From contig RHPI01003369.1 of assembly GCA_009103225.1 (NCBI GenBank), positions 851,490-915,489 of the forward strand: DNA of 64,000 nt. The letters run 5' to 3'. Positions 59,147 through 64,000 of this stretch are shown here, in pieces. Source of the stretch: Chlorokybus atmophyticus. Lineage: Eukaryota; Plantae; Mesostigma and Chlorokybus algae. Position numbers and translations under genes: made by a program. The notes under the pieces were generated by a model that saw only the letters and a list, made by a program, of their open reading frames with translations, searched no databases and was not told the DNA's origin. How positions within the stretch are numbered: the first letter of the stretch is position 1; each line of letters opens with the position of its first letter.

Positions 59147-61225
59147 TCATGATACTTTTGTCGTGCGCACGCGTGTGCGTTTTGTCCTCACAATCACACT
59201 GTGTGTAGTTACCTCATCATGCTCAGCATCAACATCGCTGACACGCTTTACGACCTTCTTCACTGATGTTGTCTTTGTGATCGTTGTTGTTGCTGCTGCA
59301 TCCAACGCGCCCGCCAGGCTCCTTCTCTTCATGTTCGCGCCAGTCAACATCCGGTATGTCTCCGGCTTCATGTGCGTGGTGCTGCCAAAGATAGCCTCAT
59401 ACGACTCCCATATCTCGAACCTGCAATGCAATGTCAGAGCTCAGTAGCCATTGCATGTGCGCACTCATACGCAGACAGACACACATGCACACACGCATGC
59501 ACTCGGTGTGTACGTACCAGAAGGCCAAGAATTGATACGGTGCATATGGTGCATACGTCTCATTCGCAACAGCCTCCACATTCTTCGCGGTGCAGCCTTT
59601 TATCTTGTAATGTTCCACAAGATGCCGCAAAGTCTCCGAATCGGATGGGACCATGTTGTAATGACTCAAACACTGCACAATCAAACAGTAAGGGCTCTCA
59701 CTCACGAGTATGGACAAACACGCACTAGCACGCACACATCAGTGCGTGCACGAGCACGGACACGCTCATGCCCAGCAACATGCCTGCAAGACGTTTGCGG
59801 TGCTGTACGGGCCAAAGCCGTTAATGTCTTTCACTCTCGCATACACTTCCTTTGGCTCAGTCAAGGACTCAATCTCCTCCAGATTAAGCTTACCGCTGGC
59901 CACATCCTGTACAGACACATACTTGTTACGTTGGAAAATACTCACCCAGCCATCATGACAGTACTGTATTGCCACACAACGCACCTTTGCAAGCTGCGCA
60001 ATGCGTGGAGCACGATAGCCAAGCCCGCAAGTCTTTGCAAGGTAATCTCCGTTGTAACAAGACAACTCCGCCGGTGTCGGGAAGGCCCCGCCCGCGCCCA
60101 GCTGGCACAGCGCAGCGTTCATCGAGAGCGTACGCGACCACCTGCAAACGCACATGAAACATATGCACGGTTGATAACACTACACGGCATCTATTGGCTG
60201 GTAGATGCCATGTTTCTGAGCGTGGACACATAAGTAAGCACACATACCCTGTGTTGCACAATAGGATGGTCTTCACGAGGTCTTCGAACAAGCTCGGGGA
60301 CCGAAACATCCGGCCAAACCGTCTCCCCGCAGCCTTTGCATGGAGCTTATGAAACGCCTCCACTGCGCGTGTGTCTTCATCTGAAAGGCGTAGCATCCTC
60401 CTCAGTTGCACCTACACAACCCAGTCAACTAAGTTAGGTATTATGTTATGCTTGTAGTGTGCAAGCCCACTCACTTGTAACGTGCTGATGTCTTCGGGTG
60501 TTAGGGTCACACTTGCTCCCGGCATGGCGACAGCAATCAACTCAGTAGCGTAGTCATCTGTCTCCACAGGTTGGTAGAGAACCAGTGTGATGGTTGCTTG
60601 GGAGGCGAGGCGCAGCGGCCTCTGCAGGGCCCCTGAAGGGCAATTAGCACTGGGTGGGTGCCATCTATGCGGGACACAAAGGGCACCAACTTAGCTCTGG
60701 CCATGTTGCTTGTTGCACTGCATGGATAATACTATAATATGTTGTTCACATGTTGCTCCAATGATGCAAGTTGAAGTCAACTGTCTACTCTACTGTCGAC
60801 TTGCAGCATCACATGTTGGTGTTGGTGTCGGCATGGTTCGCGTTGTTTCAAACTGAAGTTGTTCGCCTAGACCCCATGGCATAAACTGTGACTAACATGC
60901 ATAGAACTGCTCACCTATTGGGCGGGGCCATGAAGAAGCCGTAGCTGCACACAGTGCCCGCCAAGCGGAATCCTGAGGGGACAGGCAAGCGGAAGAGCTC
61001 CTGCCCGCTAACATCCGGGCCAGCTGTTGACTGTTGTGGGCAAGTTGCCGGTTGTGTATCAACAACTTGCTGTGTGCTTGATTCGAATGTAGTAGCCTGT
61101 GCAGTGGCGAGGATCGATACGGGGGTTACGGACTGCACGGGTGTGCATGGAGAGGCAGCGGTTATCATGTCAATACCGCCACTTGGTGTTCGCTTTGACG
61201 CGCTGCGCGTTATTCTCGTTGCCAT
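59147..61225 (-). CDS. Plant-type uncharacterised HhH-GPD DNA glycosylase-like protein (OGG1/AlkA fold)
   Basis: FRLAGTVCSYGFFMAPPNRW; GRMFRSPSLFEDLVKTILLCNTGWSRTLSM; FPTPAEL; LGYRAPRIAQLA; HhH INGFGPYSTANVLQ; VPSDSETLRH; FEIWESYEAIFG. Confidence 0.82.
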
Positions 61226-62291
61226 CTTATTCTGCCTGCAGCGAGCGGGCTCATCAGCTTGACCATGCTTGCATTAACAATAAGTTGCTGCCATGGCTGT
61301 CAATGTGGGTTAAGCTACTTCTGCTGGCACTAAGGCCCCAGCTTCACAAGAGCATGTCACCAGCTGCAACATTCTGGTCACTGCGCGTAAGCATCGACAC
61401 ACTGACAATACAAGTAAGAACGGGAGTGGGAGCAAAGTTCACGATGGATGCTGACTCATAGCTCGACACTTGCATGCAGCTGCTTCCGCACACGCCCAAC
61501 ACAGCCCCAACAGCATGCATGTGGAGCCTCGAAGACATAGTTTCGGGACAGGTTGCGTCTATGCCTCAAGCAAACTCTCTTTCTAAACGACTGACTGACG
61601 CACACACAGAATATATACTGCTTGGCAGGCAAGCACTCGCTCATACTTCTGCTCAAAACATCAACCAGTAGACGACTGTCTGCCGATAATCTGCAGCAAC
61701 TGCATGTTGCAATAATTACGACAGACTCACAGTTACCCAATGCTTGCTGCTGCTATGTCGCAGTTCCATCGCATAAAGTTGAAAGGCAAAGCAAGTAGGC
61801 GGGCGGGGCGAACCGACCAGCGCAGCAGGCCCCAACGAACAGGCATGCTCATGCGCACAGTGAGCAGTGCAGCCATGCAGCCCACCTGCTTCCTCGTCGA
61901 CAATTGCATGAGCGACGTAAGCCCAGTCCGCTAGCGACCCTCTGGCCTGGCCAGGCCGCTGCCTGGCCGCCGCCTGGACTGGCGACCACCCGCACCGCCG
62001 CCCGCCTGCAACACTGGACCAGACCAAAGCAGAGCAGAAAAGTCAGTCAGCCCTAATCGCTAACGGCTGACAGGACGGTGGATTCTACATCAACAGGCAA
62101 AAGCTCGTTTGAAGTTCAAAACCACGTGCCACCTTGTTGGCGATGCAACAGCCACTTTCTGCGCCCGAAATAGGCGCAGAAGTCCCCGGCTGCATCGCCC
62201 GTGGCGGCGGCGGCGGGCAAGGAGGAGGAGGAGGAGGAGGAGGAGGAGAAGAAAGAATAGGAGGAGGAGACGGAGGAGGATAGAACAAAAT

Positions 62292-63762
62292 ATGGAGAGC
62301 TTTCCTCTGTCTCTGACGCTGGAGGCGCTGGCAGATGCGGGGATGGCGCTGCCTGCGGAGCAACGCGCTGCAATTGAAACCAGCCTGCCTCTCAAACGAG
62401 CTGAGGCAAGTGTATTATATTATTCATTATGTGTCATAATTTATCTGTAAGTGGTTCATGAGTTAGCTCAATGTGTTTAACACAATACAGGCTGGTTTGA
62501 GGAACCTGTCGCTGTGGGGCCGCATCAAAGCCCTGAACGGGCGCGACTACCTCATTGCCCGCTCCGTCACAAGCGCAAGGACCGCATCATCCCTCGCAAC
62601 CTCAACTTCCACCTCCGCATCATCACTGAGCGACATCGTCATCGACGCCAAGTACTACTACAGGTACACCACCACCACCACCACCACCACCACAGTCACC
62701 ATAACTGCAACCAAAATCACCACCACCACAACAACACCAAGCCTCTCGCCCCACTCTCTTACCCTCCCCAGCCAAGACGCCGTCAAATGGCTCGACCTCG
62801 AGTCCCTCCCCCTCCCGGGCCTCGACGAGTCCCTCCGCCGCGCGTCTCTGCTGCGCGGGCACTTCTCCGGAGATCCCGGTCGCGTCCACACGGCCAAAGA
62901 GGAGGCGCCGGAGCCAGAGCCTGGGAGCCAAGCCCAAGCCCAACCTCAGGAAGGGAGTGGGGAGGGGGAGGGTGGTGAAGGGGGGGAAGGAGGGGAAGGG
63001 GAGGGAGAGGGAGAGGAGGGAGAGGAGAAGGGACCCAAGATGATCACGTATGAGATACCAGAGGTGAGTGGGTGGACCACCTACACACATATGCCTGATG
63101 TGTGGGTGGGTAGATGTGTGTGGGGGTGCATGCGTGGGTGTGGGGTTGCGTTGTGCTGAACTGTGTTTGTTGCAGCTGCAAAGGCTTGCGGCTGCGATAC
63201 ATATGATTGAGATGGACTGTGCGGTGCTGCCGAAGGGTACGGTGATCTTGAACGCAGAGAACAACGTTGTCGCCAACCGGATGTTTGCCGGTACGCTTCA
63301 AGAAAGTCACATGATGCCTTAGCCCCCTTTTCTATACTAGCGTTCGTCACTTCACGTCTGAACGCCCCTCTCCTGTTGCAGGGCTTGAGCACCCCTGCAA
63401 GCTGGAATCTTATGTACGCATGCACTCAGCACTTGGCAACCAGTCCCTCGCAGACGACATACCAGGTGAGTCTAACGTCCAACCTACACAGATGCAATGC
63501 GAGCACATGCGCATGCACAGCTCACACTTGAACAACGCAAACACACGAATATGCACGGAAACTCACGCCATCCCCCTACTCAGGTGCGTGGGTGTTGCGG
63601 TGGGAGGGTGCCCTGTCGGGCCCGGCGGTGACGCTGCAGTCCCTGCTGCACCGCGGCTACGCCTTCTGCTACCGCGAGGCCGAGCAGGGGGGACGCGCGC
63701 ACTGGGGAGGGCTGTACTATGGAGACGGCATGCGCGCCGATGACCTCGTCTTCTGCACTTGA
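62292..63762 (+). CDS. RSP9: Radial spoke head protein 9
   Basis: LSLWGRIKALNGRDYLIA; DAVKWLDL; GHFSGDPG; LQRLAAAIHMIEMDCAVLPKG; SLADDIPGAWVL; LQSLLHRGYAFCY; LYYGDGMRADDLVF match RSP9/RSPH9; 6 predicted exons. Confidence 0.88.
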
Positions 63763-64000
63763 GGGATGGACCACAGAGAAAGGAACTACGGGGAAGTGTT
63801 AGTCGATGTATGTATGCGTAATTCAAGCAGAGATAGATGTACTATTTGTGTTTTGAGTGTCATATCCAAGACAGTGCGGATGTTGTGTGCGCTGCTTGGC
63901 ATCTCTTGCAGCATTCAGGGTAGATTTGCGAGCACGCAGTGCACATATGAGTTTGTGTAGTGCCCAAGCAATGTTCTGTGTTGCTTATCACACTTCAGCA

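Overview
Intron-rich eukaryotic DNA with several N gaps, most likely from a flagellated green alga. That assignment is an inference from RSP9, a plant-type Sel1-like gene, a chromovirus and a TGTAA-type poly(A) signal. From left to right the window holds: (i) a Kelch-propeller / coiled-coil / protein-kinase / HECT E3-ligase fusion gene (-); (ii) two small genes; (iii) an AT-rich spacer with palindromes; (iv) a ~17.7-kb gene (-) for a giant secreted protein of about 5,000 aa; (v) a nested transposon cluster; (vi) two divergent coiled-coil genes, a RING-like membrane protein gene, a plant-type HhH-GPD glycosylase-like gene and RSP9. The giant protein is built from LamG jelly-rolls whose loops carry inserted modules (SUEL lectins, PA14, and four Ser-Pro(n) rods each ending in a GGRR(R)LL cleavage/amidation-like motif), plus IPT/TIG, filamin, DUF2341 and Kelch modules. 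The cluster is a Penelope-like RT fragment interrupted by a full-length decayed Ty3/Gypsy chromovirus, which carries a degenerate Dam-like methyltransferase segment, and by a tandem-array TRIM that shares the chromovirus termini and has tRNA-type Pol III A/B boxes straddling its PBS. All domain calls come from motif recognition by eye, with no database search. Exon boundaries are partly inferred.
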